Positions 29,252-38,536 of a stretch of 64,000 bases of DNA are shown piece after piece. The notes beneath the pieces are model-generated. The model was not told the DNA's origin and made no database searches. It worked only from the letters and a program-made list of their open reading frames with translations. Position 1 is the stretch's first letter, and each line of letters begins with the position of its first letter. A program made the translations under genes and the position numbers. The stretch is from Candidatus Microgenomates bacterium (GTDB taxonomy: Bacteria > Patescibacteriota > Microgenomatia > JACQLA01), in NCBI GenBank assembly GCA_016204255.1, contig JACQLA010000003.1, forward strand, positions 184,088-248,087. The letters are read 5' to 3'.

Positions 29252-30916
29252 TCAGCTTGAGTGATTTCTTTTTGCGTAAAGATACTCCTCTAAATTAGCG
29301 CTATGTTCAGAAAGCAAATGGGCCACATGTTTCCCTCCTAGCACATGCGGTAAGATAACATAATCGGCACCGGCCTTATAAAGCTCCTCTTCCTCCTCCG
29401 GATAAAGGGCGGTTACCAAAATTATGGCGGGAGAATTTTTTAATTTTGCTTTGGAAATCAGGGCCAAATTATCTTCGACATCCGGAACTGTAGAAATAAT
29501 AATTTGGGCTTTGCCTAAATTGAGATGATTTAGAATTTCTTCATCAGATACGTCCCCAAAAATACAAGGCACCTCCTGCGCCTCAAGCCAACGAATTGTC
29601 TCTGGATTAAAATCTAAAACAACAAAGTTCTGCTCCTTTTTCTTTAAGAACTCCAAAATATCGTTCCCGATACGATTACATCCAATTAAAATAACATGGT
29701 TTTCAAAAGGCTTTTCACTGCTGGGTCTTTTTTCGTGAGGTTTTTCCCGTTCAAAAAAATCAAGATATGGCTCAAATTTTTGGTAAAGTTTTTGACCCGA
29801 AAGAATCATATAGGTCGAAAGAGTTATAGTAACAATTCCCACAAGTGTTACCAGGGAGACCTCTGAAGAACCTACATGTCCGAGTCTTTGCCCCATAGCC
29901 ATCAGAATTAAAGAAAATTCCGATATCTGAGCAATGGTTATGGCAACTAAAAATGACGTTCTTTTACGAAAGCCCAAAAGTCCCATGATTAAAAGCATTA
30001 TCAATGGGTTCCCGATCAGAATGAAAATGGAGAGAATGATTGTGGGAATTAAAAGACTCAAGCTTTGATCAATCACCATCTGCATTCCCAGGCCCACAAA
30101 AAAGAGTGTGATGAAAAGGTCGCGCAGGGGTTTTATCCGACCGCTGATTTGAAAATGATAGGGCAGTCCGGAAAGGCTGATACCGGCTAAAAAGGCGCCG
30201 ATCTCAATTGAAAATCCAATTAAATAAGAAACTGAGGCCAAAAGAAAACACCAGGAAATTGCCGCCATAAATAAAAGCTCCTGGTTACGAGCAACCCCTT
30301 TAAAAAGGAGTGGCAAAATTCTTTTAGATAAAAATGAAAGTATCAGAAAAAAAATAACGACTTTAGCCAGAAGCAAGGGAATTGAAAAAATCGTCAGGCT
30401 TTTTGGATCGGCTAAACCTGCCAAAAATATCAGAATCAAAATTGCCACAAAGTCTTGAACCAATAAAAATCCAACCGTAATTTTTCCATAAAGGGAAGAA
30501 AGGTCGTGCTTCTCAGAAAGAAGTTTGACAATAATAATTGTGCTTGAAAAAGTCAGGGAGATACTGATATATGAACTTGCGGTCACCGAAAAACCTAAAA
30601 TAAAAGTCAAAATAAAACCAGCTATAAAGGTGAAAATAATCTGCCCAAAACCGGTAAAAAGCGCCGCCTTCCCCACTTGTTTTAAATCAGCAATTTTTAA
30701 CTCAAGCCCCACCATAAAAAGAAGGAAAGCAATCCCGAATTGAGAAAAAAGATCAATAGTCTCCTGGCTCAAGGTTTTGGTAAAACCCAAAAAACTTAAA
30801 AGAAGGCCGGCAAAAAGGTACGCCAGAATAAGAGGTTGGCGAAAAAGACGTACGCCGACGCCAAAAATTGTTGATAAAAGAAGAACCGCACCTATTTCAA
30901 GAAATGGGTTGGGCAT
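29252..30916 (-). CDS. Monovalent cation:proton antiporter (CPA2, KefB-like) with C-terminal RCK/TrkA-N domain
   Basis: About 12 TM helices, then VILIGCNRIGNDILEFL (Rossmann GxGxxG) of an RCK domain. Confidence 0.8.
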   Translation of the reverse strand: MPNPFLEIGAVLLLSTIFGVGVRLFRQPLILAYLFAGLLLSFLGFTKTLSQETIDLFSQFGIAFLLFMVGLELKIADLKQVGKAALFTGFGQIIFTFIAGFILTFILGFSVTASSYISISLTFSSTIIIVKLLSEKHDLSSLYGKITVGFLLVQDFVAILILIFLAGLADPKSLTIFSIPLLLAKVVIFFLILSFLSKRILPLLFKGVARNQELLFMAAISWCFLLASVSYLIGFSIEIGAFLAGISLSGLPYHFQISGRIKPLRDLFITLFFVGLGMQMVIDQSLSLLIPTIILSIFILIGNPLIMLLIMGLLGFRKRTSFLVAITIAQISEFSLILMAMGQRLGHVGSSEVSLVTLVGIVTITLSTYMILSGQKLYQKFEPYLDFFEREKPHEKRPSSEKPFENHVILIGCNRIGNDILEFLKKKEQNFVVLDFNPETIRWLEAQEVPCIFGDVSDEEILNHLNLGKAQIIISTVPDVEDNLALISKAKLKNSPAIILVTALYPEEEEELYKAGADYVILPHVLGGKHVAHLLSEHSANLEEYLYAKRNHSS

Positions 30917-31607
30917 GTTTTCTTAAAATTTCTTCAAGATCGTCCGGCAGACGACTTTCAAAGGTTTGTTCCTCACCGGTTTCCGGATGCATAAATTGTA
31001 AAAATGTAGCATGCAAAAACAGCCGCGGACACCATTTGCGATCTTCGCGGACCGTCTTCCGACCAGTGTAGGCTAGATCTCCTACTACCGGATGACCTAG
31101 ATATTTTAAGTGTATCCGAATTTGATGTGTTCGTCCAGTCTCAGGAAAAAGTTCAAGGAGAGTGTATGGTGCAGAATGTATTGTATAAAGCTCTAAAACC
31201 CTGAATCGTGTGGTAGCTTCTCTACCACCTGGTAGTACTCCAAATTTCTCCCGATTCCAAGGTAAACGTCCGACCGGCGCTTTAATTTCTCCTTCTCTCG
31301 CAGATACCCTGCCGTGAGCTAAAGATAAATATTTTTTCTTAACTACCCTCTCTTTGAATTGTTTTTGTAAATTTTCAAAAGCTTCTTGCGTTTTGGCCAC
31401 AAGCAAAATTCCGGAGGTTTCCTTATCTAAGCGGTGGACAATACCCGCCCTGCCCCCTACCCCGCCCTCAGGGGGTAATTTAAACTTCTCTTCCAACCAT
31501 TCCTGCAGAGTTTTTTCTTTTACACTTTCTGCCCGATTAACCACCATTCCGGCCGGCTTTTCAAGCACCAAAATATCATCATCTTCAAAAATAACCTTCG
31601 GCTCCAT
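30897..31607 (-). CDS. RluA-family pseudouridine synthase (no S4 domain)
   Basis: ILVLEKPAGMVV, the HRLDKETSGILLVAKT catalytic Asp motif, 236 aa. Confidence 0.8.
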   Translation of the reverse strand: MEPKVIFEDDDILVLEKPAGMVVNRAESVKEKTLQEWLEEKFKLPPEGGVGGRAGIVHRLDKETSGILLVAKTQEAFENLQKQFKERVVKKKYLSLAHGRVSAREGEIKAPVGRLPWNREKFGVLPGGREATTRFRVLELYTIHSAPYTLLELFPETGRTHQIRIHLKYLGHPVVGDLAYTGRKTVREDRKWCPRLFLHATFLQFMHPETGEEQTFESRLPDDLEEILRKHAQPIS

Positions 31608-31733
31608 ATCTATGTATTATACTCCTACAGTTTAGATTCTCGATTCAATGGAAGAATTAAAGAAACTTCGGCTAACAAAAATGCTTTTGAGACTATCGCT
31701 TGAAGTCACTAAAAACGGGGTTGTTTAACTTTT

Positions 31734-32102
31734 TTATTTATGTGTTTCTTCTTTTCGGGCGCACTCGATACAGAGTTCGGCAGTGGGAAGTGCCGAAAGC
31801 CTCTCCGTATCAATCATTTTTCCGCATTTCTCACAAACGCCGTACTTCCCGACTCCGATCTTTGTTAAAGTTTTTTTAACGCGGATCAAATCACGGTTTA
31901 ATTCATTTTTTACCGCTTCAATCCGAGCATGCCCCATCTGCTCTTTAACTTCGGTGTCTGAAGCCGCATTATCATTGGTTCGATCAGTATCGGAAAACGG
32001 ATCTTCCTTCTCCAGATCGGCCAATTTTTTCTCCGTATCCTTACGTCTTTCCTCAAGATATGTCTTTACAGGACGCAGCACTGCTGCTGGAAATTTAATC
32101 AT
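31734..32102 (-). CDS. DksA/TraR-family C4 zinc-finger protein
   Basis: C-terminal CEKCGKMIDTERLSALPTAELCIECA four-Cys finger with an N-terminal coiled coil. Confidence 0.75.
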   Translation of the reverse strand: MIKFPAAVLRPVKTYLEERRKDTEKKLADLEKEDPFSDTDRTNDNAASDTEVKEQMGHARIEAVKNELNRDLIRVKKTLTKIGVGKYGVCEKCGKMIDTERLSALPTAELCIECARKEETHK

Positions 32103-32106
32103 ATTT

Positions 32107-32934
32107 TTACCTCATAAATTTTTTCTTAAAGTTTAAGTTAGAAACAGCTTTTTGCAGAAAAAGGGTTAAATATGCACTATCCTGTTTTAGATTTCCATAT
32201 CTTAAATAAAGCAGGCTCCCGGAAAAGATGAAGGAAATCAGCGCAATCCACTGATTCAAACTTAGACGGTAAAAGTATACCGCATTTACCCGGAAAAATT
32301 CAAGCAAGAACGAGGAAAATCCTAAAAGCAAAAGAAAGTTTAAAAATACCATTCCTTCTCTTTTGTGTCGGTATCCTAAAGTTTTTTTATAGATAATTTT
32401 GGTAAGCAACAAAAATATTATAATGGCGACTATAAGCCCGTATAAAGATATGGGGTGTCTCTTTTCTAAAAAACCGAGTGGAGTAATCCCAAAAATAAAA
32501 TTTGTGGGTTTTCCCAAGATACAACCGTCTAAAAAACATCCCGCCTGACCCAAAAAAACGCTTAAAGAAGCACCCAAGGCTAAAAAATCTGCGACACGCC
32601 AGAAAGGAGTTTTGGTCAAACGCGTATAAAGAATTACCCCAAGAATTCCCCCGCCTATGGCACCCCAAAAAGAAAATCCGGGATAAAGATAAAAATGAAT
32701 CCAGCGTAAAATATTAAGATTAAAAACTTGAAAATGCCAAAAAATATAAAAAAGGCGGCCGCCCACGACACTGAATACGGTGGCCGCAATGACGGCATCA
32801 AGAATCTTTTCATCATCCAGCTCATCGCGCGCAAAACGCCAGACGCAGAAACTGCCAAAAACAAATGCGAGGGTTAGGAAAAAACCCAATGAGTAAATCG
32901 TAATTGGGCCAAAACTAAAAAGAATGGGATACAT
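32107..32934 (-). CDS. lgt: Prolipoprotein diacylglyceryl transferase
   Basis: The N-terminal FSFGPITIYSLGFFLTLAF matches the Lgt start. GGILGVILY and FLDGCILGKPT blocks. 7 TM segments. 275 aa. Confidence 0.6.
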   Translation of the reverse strand: MYPILFSFGPITIYSLGFFLTLAFVFGSFCVWRFARDELDDEKILDAVIAATVFSVVGGRLFYIFWHFQVFNLNILRWIHFYLYPGFSFWGAIGGGILGVILYTRLTKTPFWRVADFLALGASLSVFLGQAGCFLDGCILGKPTNFIFGITPLGFLEKRHPISLYGLIVAIIIFLLLTKIIYKKTLGYRHKREGMVFLNFLLLLGFSSFLLEFFRVNAVYFYRLSLNQWIALISFIFSGSLLYLRYGNLKQDSAYLTLFLQKAVSNLNFKKKFMR

Positions 32935-33050
32935 TTTTATCCTCTAGTGCAACTTGACAATTTTTGTTATACTGGCAGTATACTATAAATTTTCGGCAGT
33001 ATAATTGATTTATTATACTCGTACTCCCCTTTTAAGAAAAGGGCTTTTTT

Positions 33051-33524
33051 ATGCTAGCGACATTTCATGCTTTAAGCGGTGGAATAATTTTAAAAACAAT
33101 TCCCGATCCAAGAATTGCACTTCCTTTAGCTTTTTTGTCACATTTTATCCTGGATTCTGTTCCCCATTGGGACTTCACCACTAGTCTAAGTAAAGAAGAC
33201 AGTCCGCAAAAACCATTAACATTGGCCGGCAGAAAAGATCGCAAAAAGATATTTGTACTTGCGGCTTTTGATGTCATTTTGGGATTTGGCTTGACTTTTT
33301 GGCTTTTTCAAAACCTTAATCCCTATTGGCTTTTTGGAAGCATGATATTTGCCCAATTACCAGACTGGCTAGAGATTCCTTATTTTTTTGGCGGTTATAA
33401 AATCGCTCCGTCTATTTGGGTAAAAAGATTTCAACATCGGGTTCATTCAAGGCTTTACCTTCCCTGGGGACTCATCACTCAAATCGCAATTTTTGTTCCC
33501 TTACTTTGGTGGATTCTTGCGTGA
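33051..33524 (+). CDS. Small membrane protein, DUF457/YdjM-like (putative membrane-bound metal-dependent hydrolase)
   Basis: AFLSHFILDSVPHWDF His/Asp cluster within 4 TM helices. Confidence 0.35.
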   Translation: MLATFHALSGGIILKTIPDPRIALPLAFLSHFILDSVPHWDFTTSLSKEDSPQKPLTLAGRKDRKKIFVLAAFDVILGFGLTFWLFQNLNPYWLFGSMIFAQLPDWLEIPYFFGGYKIAPSIWVKRFQHRVHSRLYLPWGLITQIAIFVPLLWWILA

Positions 33525-33534
33525 TAATCTGCTG

Positions 33535-34095
33535 TTATTTTGCTCTCTCTACGTAGTCACCGGTTCGCGTATCAATTCGTACTTTTTCCCCTTCTTTAAT
33601 AAAAAGTGGCACCTTAACCTTCAACTCATTTTCCAAAACCGCATCCTTATAGACGTTTGAGACTGAGTCGCCGCGAAATTCCGAACCGGCTTCGGTAACA
33701 GTAAACTCCATTTTAAGGGGCAAATCTAAAGAAAGTGGTTCTTCACCGAAAGTCAGAATTGAAACATCCATTCCTTCTTTTAGAAATCGTGCCTGATCTT
33801 CGATTTTTTCTTTACTCAGACTGAACTGCTCAAAAGTTTGGCTATCCATAAAATAATAATCCGCGCTGTCGCTATAAAGATATTGAGTCTTTTTCCTTTC
33901 TAAAGAAATGTCTTTTACTCTGGCGCCGGAAATAAAAGAGCGTTGAACAGTTGAACCGGTACGCAGGTTTTTAACTTTGACTTTGATATTGGCCGTTCCC
34001 CGGCCCATCTTAATGTGCTCATAGGAAATAACCTGAAAAATTTGGCCTTCATCTTCAAAGGTGGTACCGGCACGAAGCTCTGTTACAGAAATCAT
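33535..34095 (-). CDS. efp: Elongation factor P
   Basis: ISVTELRAGTTFEDEGQIFQVISYEHIKMGRGTANIKVKVKNLRTG, with the conserved KMGRG loop. 186 aa. Confidence 0.9.
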   Translation of the reverse strand: MISVTELRAGTTFEDEGQIFQVISYEHIKMGRGTANIKVKVKNLRTGSTVQRSFISGARVKDISLERKKTQYLYSDSADYYFMDSQTFEQFSLSKEKIEDQARFLKEGMDVSILTFGEEPLSLDLPLKMEFTVTEAGSEFRGDSVSNVYKDAVLENELKVKVPLFIKEGEKVRIDTRTGDYVERAK

Positions 34096-35675
34096 AGTTT
34101 ATTTAAAAATGTTAAAAGGGTTCTGACGCCAAATCCCGAACCGCCCTGCGAAACAAGCGGGGTTTCTTTTTCTGCAAAAGCCGGACCGGCAATATCTAAA
34201 TGAATCCAGGGTGTTTTATCAACAAATTCCTGTAGAAATAAGGCGGCGGTTATGGCGCCACCATATCTTGATTTAGTCACGTTTCTCAAGTCCGCCACCT
34301 CCGATTTTAAAAGTTCTTTATAATCTTTTACCAGCGGCATCGGCCAGACCTGCTCTCCCACTTCTTGGGCTGCGTTCTGAATTTTTTCCGCCATTGGCTC
34401 ATCCGTGCTGAAGAGCCCGGCTAAATCATCGCCCAAGGCAACCATACAGGCTCCGGTCAAGGTGGCCAGATCCAAAAGTAGATTTGGTTTTTCTTCTGAA
34501 CCCAGAGCGAGAGTGTCGGCTAAAATAAGCCGGCCTTCGGCATCGGTATTGGCGACTTCAACAGTTTTACCCTTATAAATTTTCAGAACATCCCCGGGTT
34601 TCAAAGCTTTTCCTGAGGGCATATTTTCAGTTGCAGGAATTAAACCTATTACCCAAACCTTTGGATTAAGTTTGCTCAAAACGGAAAATATTCCCAAAAT
34701 TGCCGCGCCTCCCGCCATATCACACTTCATGGTTTCCATGGCTTCTGCCGACTTTAATGAAAGCCCACCGGTATCAAAAGTGATCGCCTTACCGGCCAAA
34801 ACTATCTTTTTTCGGAAATTTGCCGGTTTATATTCTAGACGAATTAATTTTGGAGCCTCATCTGATCCCTTAGCTACTCCCAATATTCCGCCCATACCCT
34901 TGGCTTCCATTTGCCGCCGATCTAAAACCTGACATTTAATCTTTTCGTTAGCAAGTTTTTTGGCTACCTGAGCTAAAAAAGTAGGTGTGGTTACCGAAGA
35001 TGGTTCATTGACCAAATCTCGAGCAAAAATGGTCCCCTCCGCAAAAATTTCGCCTATTGCAATTCCCTCTTTAATACGTAAAAGGTCCGGGGCATTATTG
35101 ATGGCAATTTGCACTTCTTCAATCTCTTTTTTCTCCGCTTTCTCCTTTTCCCCTTTATATTTCAAAAATTTATAATTTCCCAAGATCAAACCTTCGGCTG
35201 CTCCTTGAGCCAGCTCCTTTAGATCAATCTTTGTTCCCTTTCCGAAGGATAAACCTAAACCAAGCTGCTTAATTTTAAACTCCTTAGCTTTTTTACTTAA
35301 AATCGCGAATATTTTTCGCAATTCAGCCGAACCAAGCTCCTCTTTTTTACCCAAACCAACAATTAATATCCTGGAGGGAATTATTTTTCCATGAGTATGA
35401 AGGGATAATATTTGTCCCTGTTTGGCCTTAAATTCCTCTTCTTCAAGAATATTTTTCAGGAGGCCACCTAAAACTCTATCAAGCCAAAGGGCTTCTTTAG
35501 GCCATTCCCGTTCGTTTTCCCAAAGAAAAACGGCCAACACTTGTGTTTCCAGTTTCTCGATTGGGATGAGTTTAGCGCTTAATTTCATGCTTTTTATTGT
35601 ACCATAGCCTGGAATAACGAACAAGAGGAGGGGTTTAAGCCGAAGGTCGTTTTTAGTAACGGGCTGATCACGCAT
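34092..35675 (-). CDS. pepA: Leucyl aminopeptidase (M17)
   Basis: VANTDAEGRLILADTL and DIAGPA motifs. 527 aa with a longer N-terminal domain. 4-nt overlap with efp. Confidence 0.85.
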   Translation of the reverse strand: MRDQPVTKNDLRLKPLLLFVIPGYGTIKSMKLSAKLIPIEKLETQVLAVFLWENEREWPKEALWLDRVLGGLLKNILEEEEFKAKQGQILSLHTHGKIIPSRILIVGLGKKEELGSAELRKIFAILSKKAKEFKIKQLGLGLSFGKGTKIDLKELAQGAAEGLILGNYKFLKYKGEKEKAEKKEIEEVQIAINNAPDLLRIKEGIAIGEIFAEGTIFARDLVNEPSSVTTPTFLAQVAKKLANEKIKCQVLDRRQMEAKGMGGILGVAKGSDEAPKLIRLEYKPANFRKKIVLAGKAITFDTGGLSLKSAEAMETMKCDMAGGAAILGIFSVLSKLNPKVWVIGLIPATENMPSGKALKPGDVLKIYKGKTVEVANTDAEGRLILADTLALGSEEKPNLLLDLATLTGACMVALGDDLAGLFSTDEPMAEKIQNAAQEVGEQVWPMPLVKDYKELLKSEVADLRNVTKSRYGGAITAALFLQEFVDKTPWIHLDIAGPAFAEKETPLVSQGGSGFGVRTLLTFLNKL

Positions 35676-35704
35676 GGCAACTTTTTAATCGTTATTAGTT
35701 TTAA

Positions 35705-35734
35705 TTGTCAATAAGTGAAAAGTTGTGCTAAAAT
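35705..35734 (+). promoter_or_regulatory. Strong sigma-70-like promoter for tRNA-Leu (TTGTCA-18-tgcTAAAAT)
   Basis: Extended -10 (TGc TAAAAT). Shares the 14-mer tgctaaaatagcct with the promoter at 44492..44519. Confidence 0.5.
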
Positions 35735-35823
35735 AGCCTTACGCCGAAGTGGCGGAATTGACAGACGCGCACGCTCCCTTTTCTAACGAGCAAAGTACAG
35801 AGAAAAAACTAGCGATCTAATTT

Positions 35824-35906
35824 GCCGCGGTGCTGGAATGGTAGACAGGCTGGTCTCAAAAACCAGTGATGGAAACATCGTGAGAGTTCGAGTCTCTCCC
35901 GCGGCA
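35824..35906 (+). tRNA. tRNA-Leu (anticodon CAA), type II with long variable arm, no encoded CCA
   Basis: Acceptor gccgcgg/ccgcggc, anticodon stem ctggt/accag with loop cTCAAaa, variable arm tgatggaaacatcgtga, T arm gagag-ttcgagt-ctctc. Confidence 0.85.
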
Positions 35907-35920
35907 CACTCGGAAAATTT

Positions 35921-36562
35921 ATGATCAAGGCTGTTATTTTTGACATTGACGGCGTTTTGCTCGATTCGTTTGAGGCAAATCTTAAGTTCTATCAAGACTT
36001 AATGATTAAGGCTGGTTACCCTCCTCCTACGCGTGAAGAATACCCCTCGTTTTTCCATTTTTCCATGTTTGACGTCATAAAGACTCTAACCCGTTTAAAA
36101 TCAAAAGAGAAAATTCAAAGAATCTGGGATATGGGAAAGAATCGCGAGGTAAAATATCCCGTTGAGCTCCTTAATACACCGAAAGGCGCGGAAAAGGTAA
36201 TAAAGGAATTAAGTAAAAACTATCGTCTCGGTATTGTTACCAGCCGAATCCGAAACGGTATTTATGAATCTCCGCATCTGCAAAAATTAAAAAAATATTT
36301 TAAAGTATCTGTCTCTTACGAGGATACGGTAAATCATAAACCTCATCCCGAACCTCTTCTTTTGGCCGCTCAAAAATTAGGGGTAAAACCTATGGAGTCT
36401 GTTTATGTTGGCGACACAGAAACTGACATTCGCGCGGCAAAAGCGGCAGGAATGAAAGTCGTTATTTATTCTCAAAATCAACCTCCCGGCGCGGATGCCT
36501 ATATCTTCTCATTTAAAGATTTGCCGCAACAAATAGCTAAATTATTCCCCCTTATAAATTAA
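35921..36562 (+). CDS. HAD-IA family hydrolase (phosphoglycolate-phosphatase-like)
   Basis: Motif I VIFDIDGVL, motif III K, motif IV VGDTETDIRAAKAAG. 213 aa. Confidence 0.75.
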   Translation: MIKAVIFDIDGVLLDSFEANLKFYQDLMIKAGYPPPTREEYPSFFHFSMFDVIKTLTRLKSKEKIQRIWDMGKNREVKYPVELLNTPKGAEKVIKELSKNYRLGIVTSRIRNGIYESPHLQKLKKYFKVSVSYEDTVNHKPHPEPLLLAAQKLGVKPMESVYVGDTETDIRAAKAAGMKVVIYSQNQPPGADAYIFSFKDLPQQIAKLFPLIN

Positions 36563-36584
36563 GCAAAAACATTAAGTCCAAAAA

Positions 36585-36616
36585 GCCAGAAGAAATCGCT
36601 TCTTTCTGGCTTTTAT
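36585..36616. terminator. Bidirectional intrinsic terminator between convergent genes
   Basis: Hairpin gccagaagaa-atcgc-ttctttctggc flanked by A5 upstream and T4 downstream. Confidence 0.5.
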
Positions 36617-36636
36617 CTTCTGTAAAAATTAATTAA

Positions 36637-36909
36637 TTAAATGGCAGGTGGAACACTGGGTCCGCCCATTCCTCCGCCGGCCTGACCCTCATTTGGATCG
36701 GCCGCAGGAGCGGCTGGTTCTGGCGCTGCGGGAGCTTCGGCTCCGGGCATTCCGCCAACTTCGCCACTTGGCGCAGCAGGAGCGGGCGCTTCAGGAGCCG
36801 CAGGTGGCGGTGGTGGTGTCCAGGCTGCTGGTTCCTGATTGGCTGGTTGAGCAGGTGGTATACCACCTCCCATTGGCTGTCCGGGCTGTTGTGTTGGATC
36901 ATCAAACAT
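36637..36909 (-). CDS. Small Pro/Ala/Gly-rich low-complexity protein in a GC-rich island (frame choice uncertain)
   Basis: ATG preceded by ggggtgaaag. 90 aa, PPPPPAAPEAPAPAAP. The same island is open in two other frames, so the true coding frame is uncertain. Confidence 0.3.
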   Translation of the reverse strand: MFDDPTQQPGQPMGGGIPPAQPANQEPAAWTPPPPPAAPEAPAPAAPSGEVGGMPGAEAPAAPEPAAPAADPNEGQAGGGMGGPSVPPAI

Positions 36910-37261
36910 TATCTTTCACCCCCCATCTTTTTCTGGATTATTTTTTTAATTTTAAACTAAAACATAACAATTATACAAGCCCTCAGAATCAAAAGGGAAA
37001 ATAGAAAATAATGCCATTGTCAGTTTGCAAAAAAAGTTAAAACTTTTTTTAGCCTCAAATCTGCAAAATTTGCAAACTCCCGAGGCTAGAAATGTTTACC
37101 ATTTCGTGCAAACTGACAGACCAGATTCTAACCAATCTAGAGTTGACTTCCTCCGACTAATCAGCCTTCTTGCTATTAGGTGGCACTTTATCGTTTCTCG
37201 ACAACATTTTTTAAAAGCAGATTTTAACCGCAAGTCTATTAATATCGATATCACTTGTCAA

Positions 37262-38158
37262 TCAAATTCGATCCATTATCAGTTCATCCCGGTATTTTTT
37301 AACCACCGGCCATTCCGTATAATAAGGATTTTCTAAAAAGAAATGCAATCGGTTACCTGACAAGACCTTCGGATTTACAAGCATCAAGCCGGCCGAAACC
37401 GCCATATCTTCCCAGGGGAAAATATCAGCATCCGCCTCATGAATTAAACTTTCCGGGTCTGTATTCTTCCATCTCTCTTGCGGCTCTTTTTTCCCGATAT
37501 CTTCCACCCAGCCCATTTTGGCAACCCACTCCGAATCAAGTTTATTAAAATATTCAACAAATGTATGGGTCCATTCGTGTACGGTTATCGCTTTTAGATG
37601 ATCTCCTTGAGATTCATACAATTTCCCTAAGTACCCGCCCATCTGCCTCTTTGGAGAAAATCTCTCTGCGGTGTACAAAATCACCCTTCCCTCACCGTTA
37701 AGGCCACCCGCACCTTCAGAGCCGGCTGAACCAGGTGTTCTAGTCAAAATTATTTTCTTTGGGCCTTCGGGGTTAACCAAATAAAAAGGGGGTAGTTGAG
37801 CAATAGTTTCTGTCACAATCAGAATATCTTCTTCCCGCCATGGCAGATTATTTTTATTTTCGCCATTTTCCTCAAAAGAAACCGGTGAGACAATATCAAT
37901 ATTATATTCATCTTTAACCTGTTGAATCGTTTCAGCCGTTTTTCCATAATAAATTATATTTTCAGGGGAAAATTTAAGATTCGGCAGGGGCTTTTCTCCA
38001 CGATGTCTTCCCCCAAAAAAATAACCAATACCTCTAATAAATAATTGGCCTACGGTTTCCGGCCCGACAACAAAACGACCGCCGACCACCAAACCAGCGC
38101 CGGCCCCTCCAAACTTTAAAAAATCTCTTCTTGTTAACCCCTGGCCTTCTTTTCCCAC
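37262..38158 (-). CDS. Tat-signal-bearing putative zinc metallopeptidase (HExxH)
   Basis: Twin-arginine motif RRDFLKFGGAGAGLVVG at the N-terminus. HEWTH (HExxH) at about residue 205. 298 aa. Confidence 0.45.
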   Translation of the reverse strand: MGKEGQGLTRRDFLKFGGAGAGLVVGGRFVVGPETVGQLFIRGIGYFFGGRHRGEKPLPNLKFSPENIIYYGKTAETIQQVKDEYNIDIVSPVSFEENGENKNNLPWREEDILIVTETIAQLPPFYLVNPEGPKKIILTRTPGSAGSEGAGGLNGEGRVILYTAERFSPKRQMGGYLGKLYESQGDHLKAITVHEWTHTFVEYFNKLDSEWVAKMGWVEDIGKKEPQERWKNTDPESLIHEADADIFPWEDMAVSAGLMLVNPKVLSGNRLHFFLENPYYTEWPVVKKYRDELIMDRI

Positions 38159-38204
38159 AAATTCTATACTAATAGATTTTAAAAATTAAAGGGGGTCTGG
38201 GTTT

Positions 38205-38534
38205 TTAATAAATTTTACTTCCAAGAGGGGTTTCTTTACGAGGTTGAATCAGAATACATTTACCGTCTCCATCTGAGGCACCAAGAGTTAAAAATTCCGA
38301 TAAATACGGCCCAATTTGTCGTGGCGGAAAATTGACTACTCCCAAGATCTGCCGTCCTAAAAGCTCCTCTTTTATGTAATGGGTAACGCCGGCGAGCGAT
38401 TTTTTAATCCCGATTTCCGGACCGAAATCAACCGTCAGCTTATAAACCGGCTTGCGGGCTTGGGGACAGTCTTCAACTTCCAGGACTTTCCCCACTCGAA
38501 TGTCTATTTTTTGAAAATCGTCAATTGTTGCCAT
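38205..38534 (-). CDS. tRNA-binding (CsaA/EMAP/MetG C-terminal-like) domain protein
   Basis: ATIDDFQKIDIRVGKVLEVE...KLTVDFG OB-fold tRNA-binding signature. 109 aa. Confidence 0.7.
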   Translation of the reverse strand: MATIDDFQKIDIRVGKVLEVEDCPQARKPVYKLTVDFGPEIGIKKSLAGVTHYIKEELLGRQILGVVNFPPRQIGPYLSEFLTLGASDGDGKCILIQPRKETPLGSKIY

Positions 38535-38536
38535 TT

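Noticed and set aside
35783-35995. 70-aa minus-strand ORF
   Set aside because: Overlaps the tRNA-Leu gene and the start of the HAD gene. Spurious.
36648-37004. 118-aa Arg-rich plus-strand ORF, and the 36633..36905 minus-strand ORF
   Set aside because: Alternative frames of the same GC-rich island. Arg-rich nonsense composition. Only the Pro/Ala frame is retained, at low confidence.
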